64,000 bases of DNA from Candidatus Woesearchaeota archaeon (GCA_964354105.1 CAYGXM010000002.1:14398-78397); one strand, 5' to 3'. Positions 47,987 to 58,452 are shown, counted from the stretch's first letter. The notes: generated by a model from the letters alone, not told the origin. Numbers and translations: made by a program.

Positions 47987-48643
47987 TTAGCCCTTAACAT
48001 GTGCGCGTACTTCGGCATCAACGCGTTTTATTGTTAGTTTGCAAGACTCGCAAAAATCTGAGCTCAACTCGTCTAATAAACTTTTATTTGGGTTTGGTGT
48101 TTCCATCCAATGTGCATTCATCAGGCATCGTTTGTCGCCAATATAATTATCGCAGTCGAGGATTACGCTATGCCCCAATTCGTGGCACGCCAACTTGACG
48201 TTGCAATTATCAGGCCTGTTGCTCCCGCCTACCACCATGGTGCGCTCTTTCCCCCGATATGAACTTGCATATAGAAATTCCCCTCCAAATTCTCCAACTT
48301 TTTTAGGTGGTCCAATATAAATGAATGGCGAGTGTATTAATATGATCAAGCCAGTATTTTTTTCCGGGATAAATTTCTGTGCAATAGGCCACAAATTGTA
48401 ATAGGTGATGTTTTTAATTACCCATGCATCAACTCGCATGGGTTTACTGCCGTCGTAATTGCTAAACCATAAACGTTCTTCATGTTCCTGCGGTGGTTTC
48501 CAAATAGTATTGTACTTTAAAGCGTACCTTTTAGGTATTGATATGTCCAAGCTGGCTGGATACGTCTTCTGCATACCTTCTACTAAATGCTCTATTGTTT
48601 CTGCGCTTGTGTTCTGTTCGGTTAATAACTTTAATTTCATCAT
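47987..48643 (-). CDS. archaemetzincin-like zinc metalloprotease
   Basis: KLACHELGH, C..CLMN, DFCESC. Confidence 0.7.
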   Translation of the reverse strand: MMKLKLLTEQNTSAETIEHLVEGMQKTYPASLDISIPKRYALKYNTIWKPPQEHEERLWFSNYDGSKPMRVDAWVIKNITYYNLWPIAQKFIPEKNTGLIILIHSPFIYIGPPKKVGEFGGEFLYASSYRGKERTMVVGGSNRPDNCNVKLACHELGHSVILDCDNYIGDKRCLMNAHWMETPNPNKSLLDELSSDFCESCKLTIKRVDAEVRAHVKG

Positions 48644-48785
48644 AACTTAATTAACATGATAAATGATTTAAGATTATTTATGAGCTAAGGGTTGTTAATA
48701 TATATTATAATCGAGCTTCTCCGAAAAAAGCTTTAAAAATGGGTTGTATATACATTCGCCCAAACCGGCATGTTTGGCCTATTGT

Positions 48786-51359
48786 ATGGTAGAGAATACA
48801 GATGCAGAGATTTTCAGCCGATTGAACGGCCTGATTAGCCAGTGGTTTCGCAAAAAATTCGGAACTTTCAGCCCTCCCCAAAGAGGCGCGATCATAAACA
48901 TCCAGGACAAGAAAAATACATTGATTTCCGCTCCAACAGGCTCAGGTAAAACATTTGCAGCATTCCTTACAGTCTTGTCAGAGCTTGCAAACCTGGCAGA
49001 AAAAGGCAAGCTTGAAGACAAAGTCTATTGCCTTTATGTCTCTCCCTTGAAGGCCCTTAACAATGATATCAAGAGAAATCTCTTAGAGCCTTTGGAAGAA
49101 ATCAACAAGCTAGCAAACAAGGAATTAGGAATCAGAGTTTTGGTTAGAACAGAAGATACTAAAACTTCTGAAAAGGCAAAAATGCTTTCAAAACCGCCGC
49201 ATATTCTTGTTACAACTCCTGAAACTCTTGGAATTTTGCTGGTTGCGCCTAAATTCAGGCTTCTGATGAAAGATATCAAATGGTTTATTGCTGATGAGAT
49301 TCACGCGTTAGCATCAAACAAACGCGGAGTTCATCTTTCTTTAAGTCTGGAGAGATTGCAGAATCTTGCAGGCAATTTTACACGAATTGGATTATCTGCA
49401 ACAATTGCGCCTCTGGAAAAAGTTGCGCAATTCCTTGTTGGTTATAGTAATGGCGAGCCGAGGCCTTGTGAAATTGTTGATGCACAATTTTCCAAAAAAT
49501 TAGACTTGAAAGTTCTCTCTCCAGTTGAAAACATAATGAAGGTTACAGAAGCTGAACTGGAAAAATCGACTTATGGATTGTTGAATGATTTGATACAACA
49601 ACACAACACAACCCTGATTTTCACCAATACGAGGGCTGCAACAGAAAGAGTTGTATTTAATTTGAGAAAAAGATATCCGAAATTCTACACAGATAACATA
49701 GAAGCACACCACTCTTCACTTTCTAGAGAGCTTCGTTTGTCTACAGAACAAAGATTGAAAGATGGGAATTTGAAATGTGTAGTTTGCTCAACATCACTAG
49801 AGCTTGGCATTGACATAGGCTCTATAGATTTAGTAATTTTGCTAGGCTCTCCAAAATCGGTATCTAGAGCTCTACAAAGAATTGGCAGGAGTGGCCATAA
49901 ATTGCAGGATAACATCAAGGGCCGCTTTGTTGTAATTGACAGAGATGATATGGTCGAGGATGTTTTGATTTTAAAGCACGCACTAGAACGCCAGATTGAT
50001 AAAATACATATTCCTGAAAACTGTCTTGATGTTTTGGCACAGCATATTTATGGAATTGCAATAGAAGGAAAGGACCACATTGAAAATATCTATTCAACAA
50101 TTCAGCGAAGTTACTGCTATCACAATTTACAGAAAGAAGATTTCATTTCTGTAATAAAATATCTCGCTGGCGATTATGCAGAACTGGAGTTAAGACACGT
50201 CTACGGTAAAATATGGTATGATGCTGAAACTGGCTTTATTGGCAAACGTTCAAAATTAGCCCGTGTTTTATATTCTACAAATATTGGAACAATTCCAGAT
50301 GAATCTTATGTTATTGTCAAGACTGGAGAGCAAGTTGTTGGTAAAATAGATGAAGAATTCCTGATGAGATTGAAGAAAAACGATATTTTTGTCCTGGGCG
50401 GGTCAGTCTACAAATTTGGCTACGCAAAAGGCATGGTCGCATATGTAACACCAACTCCTGGCTTAGTTCCTACAATACCCAGCTGGTTTTCTGAGATGCT
50501 TCCATTAAATTTTGAAGTTGCAATAGGCATACAGAAATTCCGCCGCTTAATCGAGGAAAAATTCAACAGATACAGGTCAAAAGAAGAAATTCTTGACTTC
50601 ATAAAAGAATATTTGTATGTGGATGGGACTGCTGCCAATTCCATTTATGAATATTTCAAAGAACAATGGTCCTATGCTTCCCTGCCGACTGACAAGAAAA
50701 TCGTAATTGAGAATTTGCAGTTTGACAACAAGCACTATATGGTATGGCATTCTTGTTTCGGAAGAAGGGTTAATGATGCATTATCCAGAGCAGTGGCATA
50801 TATTGCATCCAAACTAAATCATATTAACGTGCCAGTATCCATAACGGACCAGAATTTCTATCTCGTATCAAAGAAAAGACTCAATGCGATGGAAATAATT
50901 AATCAGCTGAAGAAGGAAAACATTCCAGAACTTCTGAAATTAGCAATTGATGGCACAGATATTATGAAGAGAAGATTTAGACACTGTGCCGGCAGAAGCC
51001 TTCTAATTATAAGGAATTACAAAGGCCACAGGAAGACTGTCGGCAGGCAGCAAGTCTCATCGCAAATATTGATAAATGCCTGCAAAAGGGTTTCAAGGAA
51101 TTTTCCAATCCTAAAGGAAGCGCAAAGAGAAGTTCTGGATGATTTGATGGATACTGTAACTACAGAACTGCTTATCTCAAAGATCAAGACAAATGACATT
51201 GCAATAAAGGAAATAGAAACCCAGATTCCAAGCCCCTTTGCGCTAAATTTGATAGCAAGAGGCTATACCGATATATTGCGTGCTGAAGACCGCCATGAAT
51301 TCATCAAGAGAATGCATAATATGGTACTGGCTAAAATAGGCCAGAGGAAAGAAAAATGA
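48786..51359 (+). CDS. lhr: Lhr-family ATP-dependent helicase
   Basis: APTGSGKT, SPLKALNNDI, DEIH, GLSAT, SLELGIDIG, QRIGRSGH. Confidence 0.95.
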   Translation: MVENTDAEIFSRLNGLISQWFRKKFGTFSPPQRGAIINIQDKKNTLISAPTGSGKTFAAFLTVLSELANLAEKGKLEDKVYCLYVSPLKALNNDIKRNLLEPLEEINKLANKELGIRVLVRTEDTKTSEKAKMLSKPPHILVTTPETLGILLVAPKFRLLMKDIKWFIADEIHALASNKRGVHLSLSLERLQNLAGNFTRIGLSATIAPLEKVAQFLVGYSNGEPRPCEIVDAQFSKKLDLKVLSPVENIMKVTEAELEKSTYGLLNDLIQQHNTTLIFTNTRAATERVVFNLRKRYPKFYTDNIEAHHSSLSRELRLSTEQRLKDGNLKCVVCSTSLELGIDIGSIDLVILLGSPKSVSRALQRIGRSGHKLQDNIKGRFVVIDRDDMVEDVLILKHALERQIDKIHIPENCLDVLAQHIYGIAIEGKDHIENIYSTIQRSYCYHNLQKEDFISVIKYLAGDYAELELRHVYGKIWYDAETGFIGKRSKLARVLYSTNIGTIPDESYVIVKTGEQVVGKIDEEFLMRLKKNDIFVLGGSVYKFGYAKGMVAYVTPTPGLVPTIPSWFSEMLPLNFEVAIGIQKFRRLIEEKFNRYRSKEEILDFIKEYLYVDGTAANSIYEYFKEQWSYASLPTDKKIVIENLQFDNKHYMVWHSCFGRRVNDALSRAVAYIASKLNHINVPVSITDQNFYLVSKKRLNAMEIINQLKKENIPELLKLAIDGTDIMKRRFRHCAGRSLLIIRNYKGHRKTVGRQQVSSQILINACKRVSRNFPILKEAQREVLDDLMDTVTTELLISKIKTNDIAIKEIETQIPSPFALNLIARGYTDILRAEDRHEFIKRMHNMVLAKIGQRKEK

Positions 51360-52072
51360 AAACTGTCGAAATTGCCCCGGGAATAGAAATAATCGATTTA
51401 GCCTTATGGATGCCAAAGCAGAAAGTGCTGGCAGTCAGCGATTTTCATATTGGCTATGAAGAATCTCTAAACGCCCGCGGAATTTTACTGCCAAGACATC
51501 AGTTTAAGGATACAAAAGAAAGGCTGCAGAAAATCTTTGCAAGTTTAGGGACAAAACCAAAGAAAATAATCATAACTGGCGATTTGAAATATGAATTTGG
51601 CACTGTAAACAGGGAAGAATTCTTTGGCTTGCGTGAATTGCTGGCATTTCTAGCGAAGAATTGTGAAAAATTGATAGTTCTTAGAGGTAATCATGACAAA
51701 ATCCTAAATTTCACGGAGAGCAAAATACTTTCTAAAATCAAGATTGGCGATGTGCTATTCCACCATGGAGATTCCCTAGTGGACACTAAGGCTAATATTG
51801 TAATAGTTGGTCATGCACATCCGGCAATCAAATTAACTGATGGTCTTGTTGCGGAAAAAGTAAAATGTTTCCTGAAAGGCAAATGGAAAAACAAGACTTT
51901 GATTGTTCTGCCTTCTTTCAATCTTGTTACAGAAGGCACTGATGTTTTGTCTGAGACTGGGATATCTCTTTATTTGAATTCTGCCAGAAGTCTAGAAGCC
52001 TGGGCAATCTCTGAGACTGGAGAAGTTTTATACTTTGGAAAGCTAAAAACCCTAAGACATAACATCAACTAG
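51356..52072 (+). CDS. metallophosphoesterase (Lhr-associated)
   Basis: SDFHIGYE, GDLK, GNHD, HG, GHAHP. Confidence 0.9.
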   Translation: MKTVEIAPGIEIIDLALWMPKQKVLAVSDFHIGYEESLNARGILLPRHQFKDTKERLQKIFASLGTKPKKIIITGDLKYEFGTVNREEFFGLRELLAFLAKNCEKLIVLRGNHDKILNFTESKILSKIKIGDVLFHHGDSLVDTKANIVIVGHAHPAIKLTDGLVAEKVKCFLKGKWKNKTLIVLPSFNLVTEGTDVLSETGISLYLNSARSLEAWAISETGEVLYFGKLKTLRHNIN

Positions 52073-52829
52073 AATTGAATGAATTATAGAATTCTCTTCC
52101 AAGATTGACTAAAAATTGTTTGTCGGCATCCATGTTCGTAGCATTATATGCGCTGCCGTTTTCATTGGCATAATTGTAATAGGAAATGTACCAGACTTGC
52201 TTGTCTTTTGCAATGTAAACCATCAGAGGATCATTGCCAGTCGTTCTATAAACTCCAATTATTCCTTCATCGCCAATTGCTATGTTTGCTCTCAAACCCT
52301 CGCGCCAGACCAGCGCGCCGTTAAATACATAATCATACTTATCGCGCGTTGCATTATCCTGATAAATTCTAGTCCAGAAATATAATGTATCATCATCCTT
52401 GCTAAATTCCCAGACTGCAGCATTCGTAATGTTTTGTGCCATCATTTCTGTTCTAAGTGCGGGTTCCATTTCAGCAAGATTTGTCCCTGAGGAGACAAGC
52501 TGCCAGCCATCAAGCCAGATTTCCGGGTTATAAGTGGCCAGTCCTGTAGCAGGAATAATCGGATTTGTATTTTGATGCATTTTATCATAAATGAAATATC
52601 CGCCGCCTAAAGAAACAATAATTAAACCTATGAAAAACCATTTTAGCGCATCGCTTTTCTCTGGCGCTTGTTTTGGCTGTTCTGCTTGCGGTTTTGTATC
52701 CATAACAGCTTCAACAGGCTTGCTGGCTTCTTTCTTTGCCAGCTCTGCTTCGGCAGCTCTCGCTTCAGCCAGCATCTTATCCAGCTCAATCTCAGCCTTG
52801 GTTTTCTTATGTTTAGCTTCCTTAGCCAT
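52065..52829 (-). CDS. single-pass membrane protein
   Basis: Charged N-terminus, one TM, extracellular domain. Confidence 0.75.
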   Translation of the reverse strand: MAKEAKHKKTKAEIELDKMLAEARAAEAELAKKEASKPVEAVMDTKPQAEQPKQAPEKSDALKWFFIGLIIVSLGGGYFIYDKMHQNTNPIIPATGLATYNPEIWLDGWQLVSSGTNLAEMEPALRTEMMAQNITNAAVWEFSKDDDTLYFWTRIYQDNATRDKYDYVFNGALVWREGLRANIAIGDEGIIGVYRTTGNDPLMVYIAKDKQVWYISYYNYANENGSAYNATNMDADKQFLVNLGREFYNSFNSS

Positions 52830-52867
52830 GCTAAAAGGTTAAAAAGAAGTAATAAAAAACTTCTGCT

Positions 52868-54538
52868 ATGGCCAACTTGGATGCCCTTATCGAAAAGTTC
52901 GCTCTGGCTAATGCTTTCCAGTATGGCGGGAAGGCCCAACTAGGCTCTGTTATAGGCAAATTGATATCTGAAGACCCTAAAATCAAGGCGAGATTAAAGG
53001 AGCTAGCTCCCAAAATCAGCAAAATCATTTCTGAAATAAACAAATTATCAATCAAACAGCAGGAGGAAAAACTGTTGAAAATCTATCCTGAGTTCTTTGA
53101 GAAGAAAGAACATGAGGAAAAACAACTGAAAGATATGCCTAATGCCGTTAAGGGAAAAGTTGTAATGCGATTAGAGCCATCTTTCTCAGGAAGAATGCAC
53201 ATAGGCCACGCATTTCCACTTTCATTAAATTATTCTTATGTAAAAAAATATGATGGAAAGCTGATCATCCGGCTTGCAGATACCAATCCGAAAAGCGTTG
53301 AACTAAGCGCTTACAAAGGCCTGCCGGAAGATGCAAACTGGCTGACTTCAAATGGCGTTGACAAAATCATAATACAATCAGACAGGATGCCTTTGTATTA
53401 CAAATATATTGAAGAATTCATCAAGAAAGGATTTGCGTATATCTGCATGTGCAATCCTGAAAAGTGGAAGAAATTAACTTCAGCTAAAACTGCCTGCCCC
53501 TGCCGAAGCATCACGCCGAAAGAAAATTTAGAGCGCTGGAAACACATGCTGAAGGATTATAAGGAAGGCGAGGCTGTTTTGAGAATCAAAACAGACATAA
53601 AACATCCGAATCCTGCAATAAGAGACTGGCCTGCTGCAAGAATTATTACAACACCTCATCTCAGGCAGGGGAAAAAATACAGAGTCTGGCCTCTGATGAA
53701 TCTCTCTGTTGCCATAGATGATCATGAACTAGGCATTACGCATGCGATTCGCGCAAAAGAGCACATAGACAATGAAAAACGCCAGCTTTACCTGTACAGA
53801 TATATGAATTGGAAAGCGCCGACACAATTGTACGTTGGCAGGATTAAATTTGAGGGTATGGAATTAAGCAAATCAAAAATCAGGTCGACGATAGAATCCA
53901 AAAAATACTCTGGATGGGATGATGTTCGCTTGCCTACACTGCTTGCACTGAAGAGGCGGGGCTATCAGCCGCATGCGATTGTTGATTTTTTCACGGATAT
54001 GGGCGTTTCCGAAGTTGACAAAAAGATTTCCAGCACTGATTTCTTTAAATTATTAGATGCTGCAAACAGAAAACTCATAGATCCTATTGCACACAGGTAT
54101 TCATTTGTCCCTGTACCTGTAAAAATTGATGTTCAGAATGCACCAAACATAAAGGAAATTGAAGTAAAACTGCATCCAGATAACGACAAAGAAATGAAGA
54201 AAATTAAAGTTGGCAAATCTATCTTTATACCACACGAGGATTTGCAGAAGTATGGCGGAACAGAAGTCAGGCTTATGCATCTCTATAACATAATTCTTAA
54301 CAAAAAAGCAAAATACACATCAACAGAAAACAAACCAATTCAGAAGATACAATGGGTTTCTGATGATAACATCAAAACAAATGTGCTAATGCCAACTGGT
54401 GAAATTGTAGAAGGCCTTGCTGAATCAAATGTAGAAAAGCTGAAAGTGGGCGATATTATACAATTCGAGAGATTCGGCTTCTGCAGGCTTGATAAAAAGG
54501 AAAAAAGCAAGCTGATTTTCGCGTATACACATAATTAA
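52868..54538 (+). CDS. gltX: glutamyl-tRNA synthetase (archaeal type)
   Basis: HIGH, DTNP, CxC..CxCR, LSKS, GWDDVRLPT, QFERFGFCR. Confidence 0.95.
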   Translation: MANLDALIEKFALANAFQYGGKAQLGSVIGKLISEDPKIKARLKELAPKISKIISEINKLSIKQQEEKLLKIYPEFFEKKEHEEKQLKDMPNAVKGKVVMRLEPSFSGRMHIGHAFPLSLNYSYVKKYDGKLIIRLADTNPKSVELSAYKGLPEDANWLTSNGVDKIIIQSDRMPLYYKYIEEFIKKGFAYICMCNPEKWKKLTSAKTACPCRSITPKENLERWKHMLKDYKEGEAVLRIKTDIKHPNPAIRDWPAARIITTPHLRQGKKYRVWPLMNLSVAIDDHELGITHAIRAKEHIDNEKRQLYLYRYMNWKAPTQLYVGRIKFEGMELSKSKIRSTIESKKYSGWDDVRLPTLLALKRRGYQPHAIVDFFTDMGVSEVDKKISSTDFFKLLDAANRKLIDPIAHRYSFVPVPVKIDVQNAPNIKEIEVKLHPDNDKEMKKIKVGKSIFIPHEDLQKYGGTEVRLMHLYNIILNKKAKYTSTENKPIQKIQWVSDDNIKTNVLMPTGEIVEGLAESNVEKLKVGDIIQFERFGFCRLDKKEKSKLIFAYTHN

Positions 54539-54542
54539 GGGA

Positions 54543-54728
54543 TTACTTTTTCAAGTTGTAATTTCCTGTTATTAGTGCATAAATACCTAACAGCAATAGC
54601 ACAGTATTATCTGTGCTAACCCGCCAGCTTCTAAGCAGAATGCCTGTTGCAATAAAGTTAATTATCCAAAATAGTACTGCAATTATACCTATTGCAATCT
54701 GCACTTTTCCCAGTGTTTTTTGTTCCAT
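54543..54728 (-). CDS. 61-aa two-helix membrane protein
   Basis: Hydrophobic; resembles 7421..7582. Confidence 0.7.
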   Translation of the reverse strand: MEQKTLGKVQIAIGIIAVLFWIINFIATGILLRSWRVSTDNTVLLLLGIYALITGNYNLKK

Positions 54729-54810
54729 GAAATTTTACTTAGCATTAGCCTAATAAATCTTTGGCAGCTTTGGTAATAACCTTTAAAAAGGCACTTTTTA
54801 AGACAACATC

Positions 54811-55275
54811 ATGGTAGATGTGAATAAAGAGTCTGCCGCGCAGGCGCTGCAGTTACTCAATGAAGTTCGAATACAAGGCAAGATTAGAAAGGGCACTAAC
54901 GAAGTTACAAAATCGATAGAGAGAGGCGAAGCCAAATTAGTTGTTATTGCTGCTGATGTAAACCCTCCAGAAATTATAATGCACATCCCTGTTTTATGCA
55001 CTGAAAAGAACATTCCTCACATTTTTGTTGAATCCAAGGCAGAATTAGGCGCTGCTGCAGGCCTTCCTGTTGGAACATCTGCAGTTGCTGTAGCAAATGC
55101 CGGCGATGCAGCCAGAAAATTGAATGAATTTGTTGATGTTCTAAAAGGCAAGATGCCAAAGCCAATAAAGAAGATTGAAGCTGCTCCTGTTGAAGTAAAA
55201 GAGGAAAAACCTGCAAGGAAGCCAAAAGTAAAGAAGGAAGAAAAAGCTGTAGCTGCTCCAGCAGTTGCTGCGTGA
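54811..55275 (+). CDS. rpl7ae: 50S ribosomal protein L7Ae
   Basis: KIRKGTNEVTKSIERG, IAADVNPPEI, ELGAAAG; K/A/P-rich tail. Confidence 0.95.
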   Translation: MVDVNKESAAQALQLLNEVRIQGKIRKGTNEVTKSIERGEAKLVVIAADVNPPEIIMHIPVLCTEKNIPHIFVESKAELGAAAGLPVGTSAVAVANAGDAARKLNEFVDVLKGKMPKPIKKIEAAPVEVKEEKPARKPKVKKEEKAVAAPAVAA

Positions 55276-55282
55276 TTGCAAA

Positions 55283-55558
55283 ATGAGTTCTAAAAAAATC
55301 ATTGAGAAAAAAGCTGAAGAGGGCGCAGGTGTAAAAGTTGAAGTCAGTGGCGAGGCAACTCCTGCTCAAATTCTAGAAATAGTAGGAAGCATGGGCACTC
55401 GTGAAGGCGGCAAGCAGGCCAGAGTAAAGTTACTTGCAGGCAGGGAAGCAGGCAAGATAATGCGAAGAAACATATTGGGCCCATTCAGAATTGGCGACAT
55501 AGTCATGCTCAAAGAAACTGAGATTGAAGCAAGTCCATTGAAAGGCCGAAAGCGATAA
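55283..55558 (+). CDS. rps28e: 30S ribosomal protein S28e
   Basis: PAQILEIVG..G, RRNILGP.RIGDIVMLKETEIEA. Confidence 0.92.
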   Translation: MSSKKIIEKKAEEGAGVKVEVSGEATPAQILEIVGSMGTREGGKQARVKLLAGREAGKIMRRNILGPFRIGDIVMLKETEIEASPLKGRKR

Positions 55559-55596
55559 GCACTAAATTTTATAAGTAAGTTCTTGTATTAATTACC

Positions 55597-55887
55597 ATGA
55601 GCCTGCAAGATATTATCAAATACATCAAAAGACACGATATAGACGCCAAAGCTATGTTTTATGGCGGCAGTTTAATTGGATCTATTGGTTTAACATATAC
55701 CTTCGCTACAGGAGATTTAGCTGGTTTACTTGGACTTGTTGGGGGACTTCCTATGGGGCTTAAGGGAATTAGCCTCGAACAAAACTACTACTACAGTGAG
55801 CCTTTAGGGCACCGCGTACGTGTAATATGTAAAAACCCTTTTGAAAAGCAAGAATACATAGAACACTGTAAAGCACAAGGCTTCTAA
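55597..55887 (+). CDS. hypothetical membrane protein
   Basis: 96 aa with TTTTATAA upstream. Confidence 0.65.
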   Translation: MSLQDIIKYIKRHDIDAKAMFYGGSLIGSIGLTYTFATGDLAGLLGLVGGLPMGLKGISLEQNYYYSEPLGHRVRVICKNPFEKQEYIEHCKAQGF

Positions 55888-55926
55888 AAGCGATAAATCT
55901 TTATTCTTGTAAGTTCTAGTTTAATC

Positions 55927-56163
55927 ATGACCCAAATTCCCTGCGAAAGCTGTGCAATGCCTGTCAAGGACGGCAGCAAGTACTGCAAATACTGTGCTCC
56001 TAATGGCGAGCTTCTTCCACTTAGCAAAATAATCACAAATATGACCCGCTGGATGGCAAAGAAAAGAGGCCTGACAGAAGAGCAGGGTTTTGATATGACA
56101 ATAGGTTATTTGAAAAGGATGCCTGCCTGGAAAGAAAAGCTGGAAAAGATTGAGAAGGGATAG
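55927..56163 (+). CDS. zinc-ribbon protein
   Basis: CESCAMP..YCKYC..G..MPAW. Confidence 0.8.
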   Translation: MTQIPCESCAMPVKDGSKYCKYCAPNGELLPLSKIITNMTRWMAKKRGLTEEQGFDMTIGYLKRMPAWKEKLEKIEKG

Positions 56164-56165
56164 TA

Positions 56166-56792
56166 ATGCTAGATGACATTTTAGACATAGAATCTGGAGC
56201 GAATTTAGTCAGCAGGCAAATAGAAGAAGATTTTAGCAAACTAAACGGGCAAGAAATTGAAAACTTTTTTGATAAATTCCTAAAAGAGGATGGAAATCTA
56301 AATTTCATAGAATATTACAACAGAACTGTTTTGGACAAGGAAAAAATAAATTTTGGTGAATTCAAAAGCCGCTGGGGAATCCAGGGCATGAAAAAAGACT
56401 TTTACAAATACTTTGACGAAAATTATGATAAGCTAAAGGCAGAAATAGCTACCAAACAAGATATCAGGGGATTCTTTGAAAAATACTGCACCAAAGAACG
56501 CAATGAGTATACTTTTTGCACAAAATTGTTCCATACAATTTTGCCGGCAGAATTTCCGCCGGTAGATAATGCAATAAGGTGCGGCTTCGGGCTAGAGACT
56601 GAAGATTTTATCACAAGCGCTCTGATGATAAGAAGAGGATATGAGCTATTTTCAGAAGAAAACCAGCAATCAATAGCAAAAATTAGGAATGTCTTGTCAA
56701 AAGAAAAGTTTGCACATTTTAGGGTTAATGAGCTATCAGATATGCGCATTCTAGACATGTATTACTGGTTCAAGGAAAATAGGGACAAGTAA
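56166..56792 (+). CDS. hypothetical protein
   Basis: 208 aa, FCTKLFHT..FPPVDN; possible relative of HhH-fold proteins. Confidence 0.7.
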   Translation: MLDDILDIESGANLVSRQIEEDFSKLNGQEIENFFDKFLKEDGNLNFIEYYNRTVLDKEKINFGEFKSRWGIQGMKKDFYKYFDENYDKLKAEIATKQDIRGFFEKYCTKERNEYTFCTKLFHTILPAEFPPVDNAIRCGFGLETEDFITSALMIRRGYELFSEENQQSIAKIRNVLSKEKFAHFRVNELSDMRILDMYYWFKENRDK

Positions 56793-56795
56793 AAT

Positions 56796-57215
56796 ATGGT
56801 TGGAAAGATTTATTCCAAAGATTTGGGAATTAATTTGAAATCAGGACGGGAAAAGGAGCTCTTCAAATGGTTCCTGGCCTGCCTTTTGTTTGGCAAGCCA
56901 ATCCAGCAAAATGTTGCAAGAAAGACTTATTTTGAATTTGAAAAGGAGAACCTGCTAAGCCCTGACAATATCCTGAAAGCTGGCTGGGATAAGTTAGTCA
57001 AGGTCCTGGATAACGGCCACTATGTCCGCTATGATTTCTCAACAGCCACAAAACTTCTGGAAATATGCAAGGCTTTGAAGAAACATTACGGAAGCATAAC
57101 AAATCTGATGAAGCAGTCAAAAAACAAAAAAGAGCTTGCAAAAAGACTGCAGGAATTCAAAGGTGTAGGGCCTGTTACAGTAAAGATATTCCTGCGGGAT
57201 ATTAAAATCAAATAA
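56796..57215 (+). CDS. HhH-GPD-like DNA glycosylase-related protein
   Basis: KWFLACLLFG, HYVRYD, FKGVGPVT..IFLR. Confidence 0.75.
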   Translation: MVGKIYSKDLGINLKSGREKELFKWFLACLLFGKPIQQNVARKTYFEFEKENLLSPDNILKAGWDKLVKVLDNGHYVRYDFSTATKLLEICKALKKHYGSITNLMKQSKNKKELAKRLQEFKGVGPVTVKIFLRDIKIK

Positions 57216-57216
57216 A

Positions 57217-57519
57217 ATGGCCTGCCAGAAATGCGGAAGGTGCTGCAGTTGGGGAACTGGTTATGTTTTTGTTTCAAACAAAAAGTATGATAAATACACA
57301 AAGTTCAAGGATTATCCTCTTGAAGACCTTGTTTTCATGAAAGCTGTTGCGGTAGAAGGCCCCTGCCCTTACTTGAATAAAAATAATTTATGCAACATTT
57401 ATGAAGATAGACCTCTTTTCTGCAAAGTAGGCCGCTGCCTGAAAAGCCTAATTTTGCCTTCTTCTCTGAACAAGAAAAGCTCTAGTTCCTTAGAAGTTAG
57501 AATTGAAGCTAAGGCCTAA
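57217..57519 (+). CDS. YkgJ-family CxxCxxCC protein
   Basis: CQKCGRCC, CPYL..CNIYEDRPLFC. Confidence 0.85.
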   Translation: MACQKCGRCCSWGTGYVFVSNKKYDKYTKFKDYPLEDLVFMKAVAVEGPCPYLNKNNLCNIYEDRPLFCKVGRCLKSLILPSSLNKKSSSSLEVRIEAKA

Positions 57520-57878
57520 TCAGACTGGTTTAAACAGTAATTAGTAAGCTGATGACAAAGTGCCCTGCGGGCACCTTCATAATAATGGACACAAAGGGTT
57601 TGTACTGGATGAACCCATTCTTTTCTGAATCCATCGCAATGTCTACAAATCCCTTCATCGAATAGTGTTTTTGCGATATCTGCTTCCACTAACTCGTGAA
57701 TTGTTGTGTCTATCCAATCTTTTTCAACTAAGCCATATGCCTTAAAGCGCTCATCAAACATTATATACAAAATATCCTTATCTTTTGGCTGCCACCATGT
57801 AGCCACAGACCAAGTTAATTTAAGATTCAAACCGTCTAATTTCGTGAAATCTTTTTTCGCAAATTTGATATCAGTCAT
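57516..57878 (-). CDS. hypothetical protein (HExxE, Cys/His-rich)
   Basis: TTIHELVE, CRHC, CHQL. Confidence 0.6.
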   Translation of the reverse strand: MTDIKFAKKDFTKLDGLNLKLTWSVATWWQPKDKDILYIMFDERFKAYGLVEKDWIDTTIHELVEADIAKTLFDEGICRHCDGFRKEWVHPVQTLCVHYYEGARRALCHQLTNYCLNQSD

Positions 57879-57928
57879 GTTAAAATGTACTCAGAAAGCT
57901 TTTTAATGCAACCTTTAGAGGCTAAATT

Positions 57929-58111
57929 ATGCCAACATGCACATACTGCGGAAAAGTGTTTGACAGGCTAAGCGGGAAAGCCCTTATCCAGAATAGCGGC
58001 AAGATTCTCTATTTCTGCTCAAATAAATGTGAAAAATACATGTTCAAGCTAGGCAGAAGCCCAGTCAGGTTAAAGTGGACAAAACCCTTGAAAGCAAAAG
58101 TTAAAGCTTAA
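57929..58111 (+). CDS. rpl24e: 50S ribosomal protein L24e
   Basis: CTYCG, YFCSNKCEK, GRSP.RLKWT. Confidence 0.93.
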   Translation: MPTCTYCGKVFDRLSGKALIQNSGKILYFCSNKCEKYMFKLGRSPVRLKWTKPLKAKVKA

Positions 58112-58452
58112 ACTAAATCATCTATGCTGATTTTAGATTTTGGCAGTGTTTTAATTGTAATAAGAGTGACATAACCAGCATGTGATTCATCAATTTTATG
58201 CATTGCATGGAAACTATAAGGAAGCTTAGCAAACTTAGTAACCGCATCAATGAATCTTCCTTCGTATATTTCGTGTTCCAACTCGTATCCAGAAGTCGTC
58301 AAAATATCCCAACCACCGACAAAGCCCCAAAGCCCAACCTGGTTTAATGGATAATTTAGATGTTTATTTTTTTGGTCTGCTCTAATGCGTGTAAGATATG
58401 CCTGAACTCTTTTATGCAATTCTTCAGAGCTAAGGCGCAGTTCTTTAGCCAT
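58108..58452 (-). CDS. hypothetical protein
   Basis: 114-aa ATG ORF. Confidence 0.65.
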   Translation of the reverse strand: MAKELRLSSEELHKRVQAYLTRIRADQKNKHLNYPLNQVGLWGFVGGWDILTTSGYELEHEIYEGRFIDAVTKFAKLPYSFHAMHKIDESHAGYVTLITIKTLPKSKISIDDLV

